This document shows, piece by piece, positions 21,201 through 29,322 of a DNA stretch of 64,000 nucleotides. The translations under genes were made by a program, and so were the position numbers. The notes beneath the pieces were generated by a model, which saw nothing but the letters and a program-made list of their open reading frames with translations, had not been told where the DNA came from and ran no database searches. How positions within the stretch are numbered: position 1 is the stretch's first letter; each line of letters begins with the position of its first letter. The DNA is from Candidatus Thermofontivivens primus (GTDB taxonomy: Bacteria; Sysuimicrobiota; Sysuimicrobiia; Sysuimicrobiales; Thermofontiviventaceae): assembly GCA_031458695.1 (NCBI GenBank), contig JAVKJW010000001.1, forward strand, positions 128,001 through 192,000, written 5' to 3'.

Positions 21201-22749
21201 CCAGCTGCCGGCTTCCGGGCAAGGAGAGCAGGCGCCCGGTGGAACGATCCCAGATCAAGCGAGGGCGGAGCTCGCGAAACGCCTCAGAGGGGTAGCGTCC
21301 TGCCAGCATCTCCAGGACGCCCACGTAGAGCTCCCACGAGAGGTCCTCATAGCAGTAGGACTGACGGACCAGACGGTAGAGGGACTCCGCATCCCACTCC
21401 TCTCCTGCGACCATGGCGACGATCTGCTGCGCCAGGACGTCCAGGCAGTTCCGGGGGATCCGCGTCTCCTCCACTTCCCCCTCCCGCATCCCTCTGGCGA
21501 TCACTGCGAGCTCGACGAGGTCATCGAGGAACGTGGCAAATAGCCTTCCCTTGCTCGTGCAGGAGATAAGGTGACCGGAACGCCCAACCCTTTGCATACC
21601 TCGGCTGACCGACTTGGGGGATTGGAGCTGGCAGACGAGGTCGATGGAACCAATGTCGATGCCCAGCTCTAAGGTTCCCGTAGCCACAATAGCGGGGAGC
21701 ACACCGGCCTTCAGTGCTTCCTCTATGGCCAGCCTGGCTTCTCGAGTGATGGAGCCGTGGTGGGCACGGGCGATGGAGATGCTCGGATCACCCATGTATG
21801 CTTGTGCCAGTTCATTCAACCGTTTTGAGATTTTCTCAGCCACGGAACGGGCGTTGGTGAAGATCAACGTCGTCCGGTGCTGGCGAATGAGTTCGAAAAG
21901 CTGGTGGCTCACCTCCGGCCACACCGTTCCTTCTGGAAGTGATCGGAAGTCCTCGACGGGACAGATTACCTGGAGGTCTGCCTCCCTGCGCATCCCGGCA
22001 TCCACGATTGTGACTGGGCGCGGGTGGAGGCGTTCCCCTCCTTGCTCCCACGTTTGCCCGCCCAGAAACCTGGCCACAGTTTCAAGAGGCCGTTGGGTTG
22101 CCGAAAGCCCGATCCTCTGGACCTCACGGCCGATTCGGTGGACAAGGTGCTCGAGGGTGATGGAGAGGTGAACCCCACGCTTGTTGTCGCAGAGGGCATG
22201 GATCTCGTCAATGATCACTGCCTGGACGGCTCGGAATAGCTCCCGGGATCTTTCTGCTGTGAGCATGAGGAAGAGAGACTCCGGGGTGGTAATTAAGATG
22301 TGCGGTGGACGCCGGATCATCTCCTGGCGCTGGCGCTCGGTGGTGTCGCCGGTACGCACGGCCACACGGAGGGCTGGCCAGCTCAACCCCTCTTTTGCGG
22401 CCAGCTGTCGGATCCCAGCGAGGGGAACCCGCAGGTTCCTCTCAATGTCGTTGTTCAGGGCCTTCAGGGGAGAGATGTACAAGATGCGTATCCCGGGAGG
22501 CGCAGGGTCACCTTCTGAGAACAGCTGGTTCAACCCCCAAAGGAACGCTGCAAGGGTCTTCCCCGATCCCGTCGGGGCCAGGATAAGTGTGTGCTCACCT
22601 TTGGCGATGGGAGGCCAGCCCAGGGACTGTGCCGGAGTGGGGCCTGGAAATGTCCCCAGGAACCACCTCTGGACAATAGGGTGGAACAGTGCAAGGACTT
22701 CCAGGTCCTTCTCTTCTCCCATGGGATCTCTCAGCAGCCCCGTCTTCAC
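18295..22749 (-). CDS. lhr: Lhr-family ATP-dependent helicase with C-terminal winged-helix / glycosylase-like extension
   Basis: PTGSGKT, TTPES, DEIH, LSATQ, LELGIDIG, QRVGRSGH; 1484 aa with C-terminal RRGYFVQGLSGVQYA and DPANPYG motifs. Confidence 0.9.
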   Translation of the reverse strand: MKTGLLRDPMGEEKDLEVLALFHPIVQRWFLGTFPGPTPAQSLGWPPIAKGEHTLILAPTGSGKTLAAFLWGLNQLFSEGDPAPPGIRILYISPLKALNNDIERNLRVPLAGIRQLAAKEGLSWPALRVAVRTGDTTERQRQEMIRRPPHILITTPESLFLMLTAERSRELFRAVQAVIIDEIHALCDNKRGVHLSITLEHLVHRIGREVQRIGLSATQRPLETVARFLGGQTWEQGGERLHPRPVTIVDAGMRREADLQVICPVEDFRSLPEGTVWPEVSHQLFELIRQHRTTLIFTNARSVAEKISKRLNELAQAYMGDPSISIARAHHGSITREARLAIEEALKAGVLPAIVATGTLELGIDIGSIDLVCQLQSPKSVSRGMQRVGRSGHLISCTSKGRLFATFLDDLVELAVIARGMREGEVEETRIPRNCLDVLAQQIVAMVAGEEWDAESLYRLVRQSYCYEDLSWELYVGVLEMLAGRYPSEAFRELRPRLIWDRSTGRLLSLPGSRQLAILNAGVIPERGYYPVELFDGTRIGELEEEFVFESRIGDAFLLGSQIWRIEEIRADRVIASPAPGALPRMPFWHGETYTRPFELSLKVGAFRRALSARLDDPTCEAWLREEYLLDERGAAALVSYFREQREATGAIPTDRTVVLELFKDELGDWRLVAHTPFGARVNVLLEMVLARRIQEAVGIEVQSIFTDEAILFRLPGSDVPPSLDLFTRLSEEEVVEDVRKGLVDSPLFAALFRHCAERALLLPKRSPRRRVPLWLVRLRAGDLLALARKFERFPILLEAYREALCDVLDMEGLLQVVRDIVRGKIEVVAVERNTPSPFARSLWLPFAAVYLYQGDVPRAERQAQMLAVSREILEEVLGRKQVQGLLRQEAVEEVTNRLQHMARGWKARSPDELFQILRELGDLDEEEIAARAVGDALAWIRDLATRGLVKVFRLPEEGASRWIAMEDERLYEQAFISNDKEAKIQLLRRFLKARGPVETREIARRYGIPEEEAQALLELLENQGEVARGSFLSRRTGIQWCDREVLARIYRRTLAILRREVEPCPPEVYARFLMRWQHLHPSHRLSGQEGVRRVLHQLQGISLPLVVWLRDVLPARVEGFDERWVLELTRTGEVAWVGRGGVDTIAFLFRGEGGIFLSDPSVGEEALSREARAVRDHLLAHGASFFTDLEEGTGLSSEALLAALVELASLGLVTNDSLEVTEELGKFTTPRPFSPEDPARWPIASFRRQRETRRTVRRRVVRRSGRWSLIHRPGLLGPVRPPDELASLHARQLLNRYGVVVREWHRREEGLVAWQEIRRALHRMELRGEARRGYFVQGLSGVQYALPEAVEMLRESRQEEDEIFLMHACDPANPYGVWGFPLPGGFHRLPRLASNYLILVGGRPVLAVEALGRKILPLAGLDRRTLLRVAEGLTSLLHRPRGPSRIEIETWAGSPVTESPIAEALREVGFYCDGDRYVRPASG

Positions 22750-22806
22750 CTACACAACGCAGAGCGTCATGCGAGAACCCCTTTTCAAGGAGGGCCCTGA
22801 AAAAAT

Positions 22807-23706
22807 CTAATGAAGCGTCTTCCCCTCTGGTCCGGGGACCTCGGTATACCAAGCGCTAAGGCGCGCGAAGCTGAGGAGCGGGGGAAGCAGCCACCGGATA
22901 TTCGTCAGAGCCCGATCGGGAGCAATGAAGCCACTCGCAGTCATGAACTGCCAGCGTGTTTCCACCATCAGGGCCATCTGGAGCGCAAGTTCCATGGTGA
23001 TCAGCCCGGCGTCTGCAAGCGGGAAGAAAACCTGCCACCTGCGGTTGGGCCTGGGAATGTCAAAAGAAAGGAGCATGGCCTTCGCGATCCCTGTCACTGC
23101 GCCCGCTGCGTTCATGAAAAGACCGATCGCTTGCCCCACTCGTTCCGGATCGCGGCTTGTTGCCTCTACATCCCTCGTCATTTGCTCCAGGAGAGGAAAG
23201 GAGGTCAGCACCCGTGCCAACCGCCATCCGATGCGCAAGGGATCAAGGGAACGTGGGGGTTGTGGCAGAATGTGGACGGCGGCGCTCCCAGCCTGAAATG
23301 GCAAGTTCCTAGCTTGAAGGATGGCCATCCGCGCCTCCTCAAGCATGGCTTGCCGTTCCTCCTCAACCCGCGATCGGGCAATCTGGATGAACGCCTCTCT
23401 CTCCTTAGGGGAATTCTCTACGATCAGGGTCCCGCTCGAGAGGATCTCGTAGATGACCGGCAGGATATGAATGTTCAGGGCAATAGGGAGAAGGATCCCA
23501 GGATTTCCCCCAAGGGGGAGAGCTCCTGGAAGGCGTTCGAGATAGGCCGAGATCTCATCGGGGCCGAGTTCATCGCGGAACAGCAAGGCAACCTCAATAT
23601 CCGTATCGGGCCACGTCCGCTCATCCGCGTAGCGACCGTAGAGGTAGACCGCAACGATGTCCATTTCTTTCGAGAAGAACGCCTTCAATGCTTCGATCGC
23701 CTGCAC
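22807..23706 (-). CDS. Fused minimal nucleotidyltransferase (MntA-like) + HEPN/DUF86-like protein, both motifs degenerate
   Basis: N-terminus VAVYLYGRYA...DTDIEVA resembles MNT (VYLFGS...SDIDIA). C-terminus IPRPNRRWQVFFPLADAGLITMELALQMALMVETRWQFMT resembles DUF86 but lacks RxxxxH. Confidence 0.65.
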   Translation of the reverse strand: MQAIEALKAFFSKEMDIVAVYLYGRYADERTWPDTDIEVALLFRDELGPDEISAYLERLPGALPLGGNPGILLPIALNIHILPVIYEILSSGTLIVENSPKEREAFIQIARSRVEEERQAMLEEARMAILQARNLPFQAGSAAVHILPQPPRSLDPLRIGWRLARVLTSFPLLEQMTRDVEATSRDPERVGQAIGLFMNAAGAVTGIAKAMLLSFDIPRPNRRWQVFFPLADAGLITMELALQMALMVETRWQFMTASGFIAPDRALTNIRWLLPPLLSFARLSAWYTEVPGPEGKTLH

Positions 23707-23795
23707 GCTCTACATCTCCTGATCGCTGGTTTCATGAAACCTCCTAGGCCCATAGTACTCCAGCGAACTCGCTCGGGGCAAGTACAGAAATCTTT

Positions 23796-23844
23796 GCAGG
23801 AATTTCCCTTCCCGCGGCGAATAGTTCATCTACAAAACGAACTA
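23796..23844 (+). promoter_or_regulatory. sigmaH-like promoter overlapped by a ROK/XylR-type operator
   Basis: GCAGGAATT...GCGAATAG (AGGA-N17-GAAT); palindrome TAGTTC-N11-GAACTA at 23822-23844 resembles the XylR operator TAGTTT...AAACTA. Confidence 0.7.
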
Positions 23845-23853
23845 ATTTCTAGA

Positions 23854-25113
23854 ATGCGGAAGAATCTACTGGTAGGAAAACCTCCCCTTCTGCGAGAGCT
23901 GAACCAAAAGGCCATCCTGGAACTCCTGCGGAAAGAAGGACCTCTTTCGCGTACGGCGCTGACAAAGCGTCTCCACCTCAGCAAATCCACAGTCTCCAGC
24001 GTCGTCGCCGACCTCATCGCCCGTGGGCTGATCCACGAGACTGCGGCAGCCCCCTCCCGTGTCGGTCGCAAGGCGAAACTCTTGGACATCGACCCCGATG
24101 CAGGGTTCGTCGTCGGGATCGACCTCGGGGGGACAATGGTTCGAACGGCCGTTGCCGATCTCCGCGGGGAGATCAGGGCCAAACGCAAGGAGTACACGAC
24201 CAAGGCAGGACTCCCTGCCCTGTTGGACCAGCTAGAAGCATCGGCCCGAGAAGTTTTGCTCACTGCAGGCGTCCCCCGCCAGCGTCTTCTCACCGTGGCT
24301 ATCGGCGTACCAGGTGCGGTCCGCCTGGAGGACCGGACCGTGTGGCTCTGCCCGAACCTGCCCGACCTGGAAGGGGTCCCCCTCGCCTCATTGCTGGAGA
24401 GCCGCTTCGGCGTTGAAGTACTCCTGGACAATGATGTCAATATGGCTGCCATCGGAGAGAAATGGCGCGGGTGCGCGCGAGATGTCCAAAACTTCGCCTT
24501 CTTGGCCATTGGGACGGGACTTGGGATGGGGTTGATCGTGGGAGGCGAGTTGTACAGAGGGACCCATGGATTCGCTGGGGAGCCTGGTTATATCCCGATT
24601 CCCATGAACGGTAGGTGGAAGAAACTCGAAGACGTGGTCACAGGTCCTGGTATTGTGAACTTGGCCAAGCAAGCTCTCCTTCGGGCCAACACTCCCACCG
24701 TCCTCCTCGGGCAAGAGGAACTTACATCCCCCGAGATCTTCCAAGCTGCACGGGCTGGAGACCCTCTCGCTTCCCAGATTGTAGATGAGGTCGCCCGGCA
24801 CATCGCCTGGGGAATCGCTGTGATCAGCGTCATCGCGGATCCGAGCCTCGTTGTCCTAGGTGGTGGAGTCGGGGACAATCCCGATCTCCTCCTGCCCCGT
24901 ATCCAGAAGTTCCTCCGCGAGCTCGCCCCATTCACACCGGAAGTGAAGACGACTGCCCTTGGTGGCGAGGCAGCCCTCCTGGGGGCCATCGCTACAGCTC
25001 TCCGCTCAGGGCGGATGTCCCTCTATGCCCCCCATCGCCGCGAGAGAACCCTCCCATCCCCGACCAGCAAGGCCGGACCGGCTCCCAGTTCTCCCGAGGA
25101 GGTATCGGTATGA
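23854..25113 (+). CDS. ROK family transcriptional repressor
   Basis: N-terminal HTH (LSRTALTKRLHLSKSTVSSVV, GRKA), GIDLGGT, NDVNMAAIGE, GFAGEPG. The 767-aa ORF call is an artefactual upstream extension. Confidence 0.9.
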   Translation: MRKNLLVGKPPLLRELNQKAILELLRKEGPLSRTALTKRLHLSKSTVSSVVADLIARGLIHETAAAPSRVGRKAKLLDIDPDAGFVVGIDLGGTMVRTAVADLRGEIRAKRKEYTTKAGLPALLDQLEASAREVLLTAGVPRQRLLTVAIGVPGAVRLEDRTVWLCPNLPDLEGVPLASLLESRFGVEVLLDNDVNMAAIGEKWRGCARDVQNFAFLAIGTGLGMGLIVGGELYRGTHGFAGEPGYIPIPMNGRWKKLEDVVTGPGIVNLAKQALLRANTPTVLLGQEELTSPEIFQAARAGDPLASQIVDEVARHIAWGIAVISVIADPSLVVLGGGVGDNPDLLLPRIQKFLRELAPFTPEVKTTALGGEAALLGAIATALRSGRMSLYAPHRRERTLPSPTSKAGPAPSSPEEVSV

Positions 25114-26081
25114 GCCCGGAGGGTAACGCTTCCATCGAGGAGCGTCTTGGGGTGCGTGTCTTCGACTTCCACGCGCACTTCCCCCACCCCGAAGACGACC
25201 CGTGGGGCGAGTGGGGACGTGCGTATGCCTCCCGGTATGGAGAGGCGAAATGGCGGATTCTGAAGGAGAAGAACTTTCAGGCGCAGGTACGCTGGTGGAA
25301 ACGATGGGGGTTCCCGCTACCGGAGGATCCTCCAGCCCCTGTGGAGATCCAAATCGCCCGCTGGATCAGTGAGGTCGAGCGGTATGGCCTCGAGGGAATC
25401 GTCTTCCTCACGGGAGGGGGCAACGAGAACCTAAGCGCAGTGGTACGGCGCCACCCACGGTTCTATGGCTTCGCCCACCACGATCCCTTTCTGCCTAACG
25501 CGAGAGAGGAGCTCTACCGCGCAGTGAAAGAGCTTGGGCTTTGCGGGTACAAGATCCTCGCCCCAGCACTCAAAGGACCCATCGACGACACACGCCTTCA
25601 CCCTGTGTGGGAAGCGGTGGAAGAGCTGGAGATTCCCGTCCTGGTCCATTTCGGACCCCTCAATGGTGGAGGGGGGATCGGCTGGTCAGAGAACATCAAC
25701 CCCCTCCGCCTCCACGACATTGCCAAGGCCTTTCCCGCCATCCCCTTCATTGTTCCCCACTTCGGCTGTGGCTATCCTACAGAGCTCCTGCACCTCTGCT
25801 GGGCGTGTGAGAACGTCTACGTGGATACCTCCGGGAACAACGAATGGATGCGCTGGATGGTCCCTGCGCTGACCCTGGAGGATCTCTTCCGGAGGTTCCG
25901 GGAGACCGTGGGAGCGGAGAGGATCATCTTTGGGACAGACTCCGCCCACTTCCCCCGCGGTTTCGTCGTCCGCTACCTTGAGGAGCAGCTTCGCGCGGCG
26001 CGATCTGTAGGATTTACCGAGGAAGAGATCCAGATGGTCTTCCGGGAGAACGCACGCAGGTTACTCAAACTGCGGGAATAG
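25110..26081 (+). CDS. Amidohydrolase family protein (Amidohydro_2 type)
   Basis: DFHAH, PVLVH, PHFG, YVDTSG, IIFGTDS. Confidence 0.85.
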   Translation: MSPEGNASIEERLGVRVFDFHAHFPHPEDDPWGEWGRAYASRYGEAKWRILKEKNFQAQVRWWKRWGFPLPEDPPAPVEIQIARWISEVERYGLEGIVFLTGGGNENLSAVVRRHPRFYGFAHHDPFLPNAREELYRAVKELGLCGYKILAPALKGPIDDTRLHPVWEAVEELEIPVLVHFGPLNGGGGIGWSENINPLRLHDIAKAFPAIPFIVPHFGCGYPTELLHLCWACENVYVDTSGNNEWMRWMVPALTLEDLFRRFRETVGAERIIFGTDSAHFPRGFVVRYLEEQLRAARSVGFTEEEIQMVFRENARRLLKLRE

Positions 26082-26174
26082 CAGTCTCCAAGGTCTCAAC
26101 GGAGATCATGAACGAGGCTAGAGCATCGCGAAGGCCATGCAGACCTAAAGACAAAGAGAGGAGGGGAAGAAGGA

Positions 26175-27416
26175 ATGCGGTGGACACGTGTACTTGCCGT
26201 GGTTGTGGCTTCCGTAGTAGCCATCACCGTTGTCTCCTTAGGCAGTGTGATGGTAGGTGCCCAGCCCAAGGTCACCATTGTTCACTGGCAGCACTTTCAC
26301 GAGGGCCGGGCTACAGCATTAAAAGCGCTCATCCCAGCATTCCAGGGAGAGACTGGTATCGCTGTTGTCACAGATCTCCCGCCTTACGAGCAGTACTTCG
26401 ATAAGCTCCTTGCCGCCCTGGCTGCTGGGACCGGGCCCGATGTTTTCCAGGTTCCCATGGAGATGGCCGAGCAGCTCATAAACGGCGGCTACCTCGCTCC
26501 CGTCCCTGAAAGTGTGGCCACGACGGCAGAGATCGAAGGGCGGTACCTCCGTTGGACGACCGCCCGGTTCAAGCGGGGAGGGAAGTACTACGGTCTCCCG
26601 ACCGATGTCCAGCACTTGGTCCTGTACATCAATAACGACCTAGCGAGGGAAGCGGGGCTCGATCCAACAAAGCCTCCCAAGACTTGGGATGAACTGATCG
26701 CTCAGGCGCGCAAAGCCACAAAGCGCGACGCCCAGGGAAACATCATCCAGGCGGGTCTGGACACTCGCTATAAGTGGGCGGTCTATACGGCCCTCCTCTA
26801 TCAGTTTATCGAGGGTCCCGTCATCGACGCCGTGGCGAAGCGGGCGACCTATGATAGCCCGCAAGGCATCGCCGCCTGGAAAGTCGTGGAGCAGCTCCTA
26901 AGAGGGCCAAACGCCGTGGACTCCCCCCGATTCATGCCCGGGCAGCGCAAGTTCGAACTCAAACGGGCTGTCTTCTACATCAACCACCCCGTCGCACGCA
27001 GCGTCATCGCCCGCATCGGGCCAGACATCAAGTACACCATCGCGACGGTCCCTGCGATCAAAGGAAAACGCCCCATTGCGCCAGGCCACCACTGGGCTTA
27101 TGTGGTGAACGCAAGGTCGAAGAACCAGGAAGCCGCTTGGCGGTGGGTGAAGTATTTGGCTTCAGAGCGGGCAGTACGCACGTGGATGCGGGTAGCCGGG
27201 GATCTGCCGTCTATTACAGAACTACTGCCCGCGGAGCCTGATCCCGTCGTGCGGGAGTCGGTGAAGCTCGTGCGCCCTGTCGATTACGTAGGGGTCTGCG
27301 ATCCCATCCGGAATGACCTGTTCGATGCCATTGCCCTCACCACCCGGCCTGTTGAGGATCTGGTTCGGGAGGCAGTACAGAAGGAGAACACGTGCGTCCA
27401 GCAGGCGCTAAGGTAA
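26175..27416 (+). CDS. Carbohydrate ABC transporter substrate-binding protein
   Basis: Signal peptide, AAGTGPDVF, GKYYGLP, LYINNDL, PKTWDEL. Confidence 0.9.
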   Translation: MRWTRVLAVVVASVVAITVVSLGSVMVGAQPKVTIVHWQHFHEGRATALKALIPAFQGETGIAVVTDLPPYEQYFDKLLAALAAGTGPDVFQVPMEMAEQLINGGYLAPVPESVATTAEIEGRYLRWTTARFKRGGKYYGLPTDVQHLVLYINNDLAREAGLDPTKPPKTWDELIAQARKATKRDAQGNIIQAGLDTRYKWAVYTALLYQFIEGPVIDAVAKRATYDSPQGIAAWKVVEQLLRGPNAVDSPRFMPGQRKFELKRAVFYINHPVARSVIARIGPDIKYTIATVPAIKGKRPIAPGHHWAYVVNARSKNQEAAWRWVKYLASERAVRTWMRVAGDLPSITELLPAEPDPVVRESVKLVRPVDYVGVCDPIRNDLFDAIALTTRPVEDLVREAVQKENTCVQQALR

Positions 27417-28369
27417 CACAACAGGCTGAGGCCCGCCGGGGTATCCGAGCTATCCCCCGGCGGGCCCTCCTGACCTATAGAACACGTCACGTCCTCTGGG
27501 CGTTTGCGTTCCTCGCCCCAGCGTTCGTGCTGTTCTTCTTCATTGTGGTGTACCCGCTGGGGTGGGCGCTTGCCCTCTCCTTGCAGGACTGGAGCTTTTT
27601 CGGGGCGAAGCGGTTCATCGGGCTCGGGAACTACGTCCGTCTTTGGAATGACCCACTCTTCTGGAAGTCCCTGGGAATCAGCTTCAAATGGACCATCGGG
27701 GTTGTCCCGGCGATTCTCATGATCTCCCTTCCCCTCGCCCTCTTCCTCAATGCCGGGTGGCTCCGTCTGAAATCCCTTTACCGGACGGGATATTTCGTCC
27801 CAGTGGTCACCAACATCGTGGCCGTCGCCTTCGTCTGGAGGTGGATGTTCGACCCGGACTTCGGGGTCATCAACTGGTTCCTCGGTGTGCTCGGCCTGCC
27901 CAAGCCGGGATGGCTTGCCGATCCCGCGTGGGCTTTGTACGCCATGATGGTGGTAGGCGTGTGGAAACAGATCGGACAGGCGATGGTCTTGTTCCTCGCT
28001 GGGCTCCAGACGATCCCACAGGAGTTCGTGGATGCGGCTAAGATCGACGGGGCAAGCCCATGGAAGCTGTTCTGGAAGATCACCCTCCCCCTGCTCAACC
28101 CTACCCTGCTTTTTGTTGTGGTGATCTTGGTGATCAACGCCTTCCGGGTCTTCACAATCCCCTATGTGATGAGCGCAGGTGGCCTGCAAGCACGTACCCC
28201 GGGAGGGCCTCTCGACAGCACGCGCGTCTTCGTATTGCACATCTACGACATCGGATTCCGACAGTTCCAGCTCGGGTACGCCTCGGCGAACGCCTTCGTG
28301 CTCATGGCGTTGATCATCGTGGTGACGCTTATCCAGATCAAGTTGATCCAGAGGCCGTTTGAGTACTGA
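27392..28369 (+). CDS. Carbohydrate ABC transporter permease
   Basis: FIGLGNY, LAGLQTIP, EAA loop DAAKIDGA; AAGGAG RBS before GTG 27392. Confidence 0.9.
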   Translation: MRPAGAKVTQQAEARRGIRAIPRRALLTYRTRHVLWAFAFLAPAFVLFFFIVVYPLGWALALSLQDWSFFGAKRFIGLGNYVRLWNDPLFWKSLGISFKWTIGVVPAILMISLPLALFLNAGWLRLKSLYRTGYFVPVVTNIVAVAFVWRWMFDPDFGVINWFLGVLGLPKPGWLADPAWALYAMMVVGVWKQIGQAMVLFLAGLQTIPQEFVDAAKIDGASPWKLFWKITLPLLNPTLLFVVVILVINAFRVFTIPYVMSAGGLQARTPGGPLDSTRVFVLHIYDIGFRQFQLGYASANAFVLMALIIVVTLIQIKLIQRPFEY

Positions 28370-28389
28370 GGAATGCGAGGGGATGCGCG

Positions 28390-29220
28390 ATGGACCTTCC
28401 AGAGTACAGGTGGTTGAAAACACTCACCTATCTCCTGCTTACCCTAGGGCTCGTGCCTATGCTCCTTCCTTTCCTGTGGATGGTCTCCAGCGCATTCAAG
28501 ACACTTCCTGAAGTGATGCAGGTCCCCCCGACCTGGTTCCCGAAGCAGCCCATCCTGGAGAACTTTGTGGCCGTATTCACCCAGTTCCCCTTCGCCCGGT
28601 ACATCTTGAACAGTGTGGCCGTCGCCGCCATCGTCGTATTCGGCGTCACCATCGTGAGCGCCATGGCCGGGTATGCCTTCTCCAAGTTCACCTTCCCGGG
28701 CAGGGACGTGCTCTTCATCGCTATGCTGGCTAGCCTCATGGTACCGTTCCAGGTGCGCATGATTCCCCTCTACTTGATGAGCATCAAGTTCCGGTTGGTG
28801 GACACCATTGCCGGGCTGAGCTTCCCCTGGCTGTTCGACGCCTTCGGCATCTTCCTCATGCGCCAGTTCATGCAAACGATTCCCACGGAGCTCATTGAGG
28901 CAGCCAGGATCGACGGAGCGAGCGAGCTTCGGATCTTTTGGACAATCCTCCTCCCTCTGGTGAAGCCCGCCCTGGCGGCCCTAGGGATCTTCACCCTGGT
29001 GGGGAACTGGGAGGAGTTCCTGTGGCCCCTCATCGTTACCACCTCAGACGCTAGCCGGACGATCCCCGTGGGCCTGCAAAGGTTCTCCGAGCAATATATG
29101 TCCAACATCCACTGGCAGATGGCTGCGGCGACGGTCGCTGTAACCCCTCTGATTATCGCTTTCTTGCTCTTCCAGCGCCAGTTCATCCAGGGAATCGCTC
29201 TCACAGGTCTCAAAGATTAG
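28390..29220 (+). CDS. Carbohydrate ABC transporter permease
   Basis: FLMRQF, EAARIDGA, WEEFLWPL. Confidence 0.92.
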   Translation: MDLPEYRWLKTLTYLLLTLGLVPMLLPFLWMVSSAFKTLPEVMQVPPTWFPKQPILENFVAVFTQFPFARYILNSVAVAAIVVFGVTIVSAMAGYAFSKFTFPGRDVLFIAMLASLMVPFQVRMIPLYLMSIKFRLVDTIAGLSFPWLFDAFGIFLMRQFMQTIPTELIEAARIDGASELRIFWTILLPLVKPALAALGIFTLVGNWEEFLWPLIVTTSDASRTIPVGLQRFSEQYMSNIHWQMAAATVAVTPLIIAFLLFQRQFIQGIALTGLKD

Positions 29221-29322
29221 TATGTATCCGCGCCGAGGAACTGGAAGCAAAGGGAAGACCCGAGCTCAACCACACATTGCGGGAGAGAGGATCCTGGAGC
29301 CTTTTGAGGTAACTTCTAGAGC

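Noticed and set aside
17196..23706. Anti-phage system (RADAR-like ATPase + deaminase, or helicase + HEPN)
   Set aside because: The deaminase is housekeeping-sized with its own promoter, Lhr is a typical repair helicase, the HEPN motif is dead, and there is no obvious compositional or island signature.
22810..23853. N-terminal 348 aa of the 767-aa ORF
   Set aside because: Antisense shadow of the MNT-HEPN gene; the promoter and operator place the ROK start at 23854.
27428..27469. Strong hairpin GAGGCCCGCCGGGG...CCCCGGCGGGCCCTC as a novel ncRNA
   Set aside because: Stem-loops right after ABC substrate-binding genes are a common mRNA-stabilising feature.
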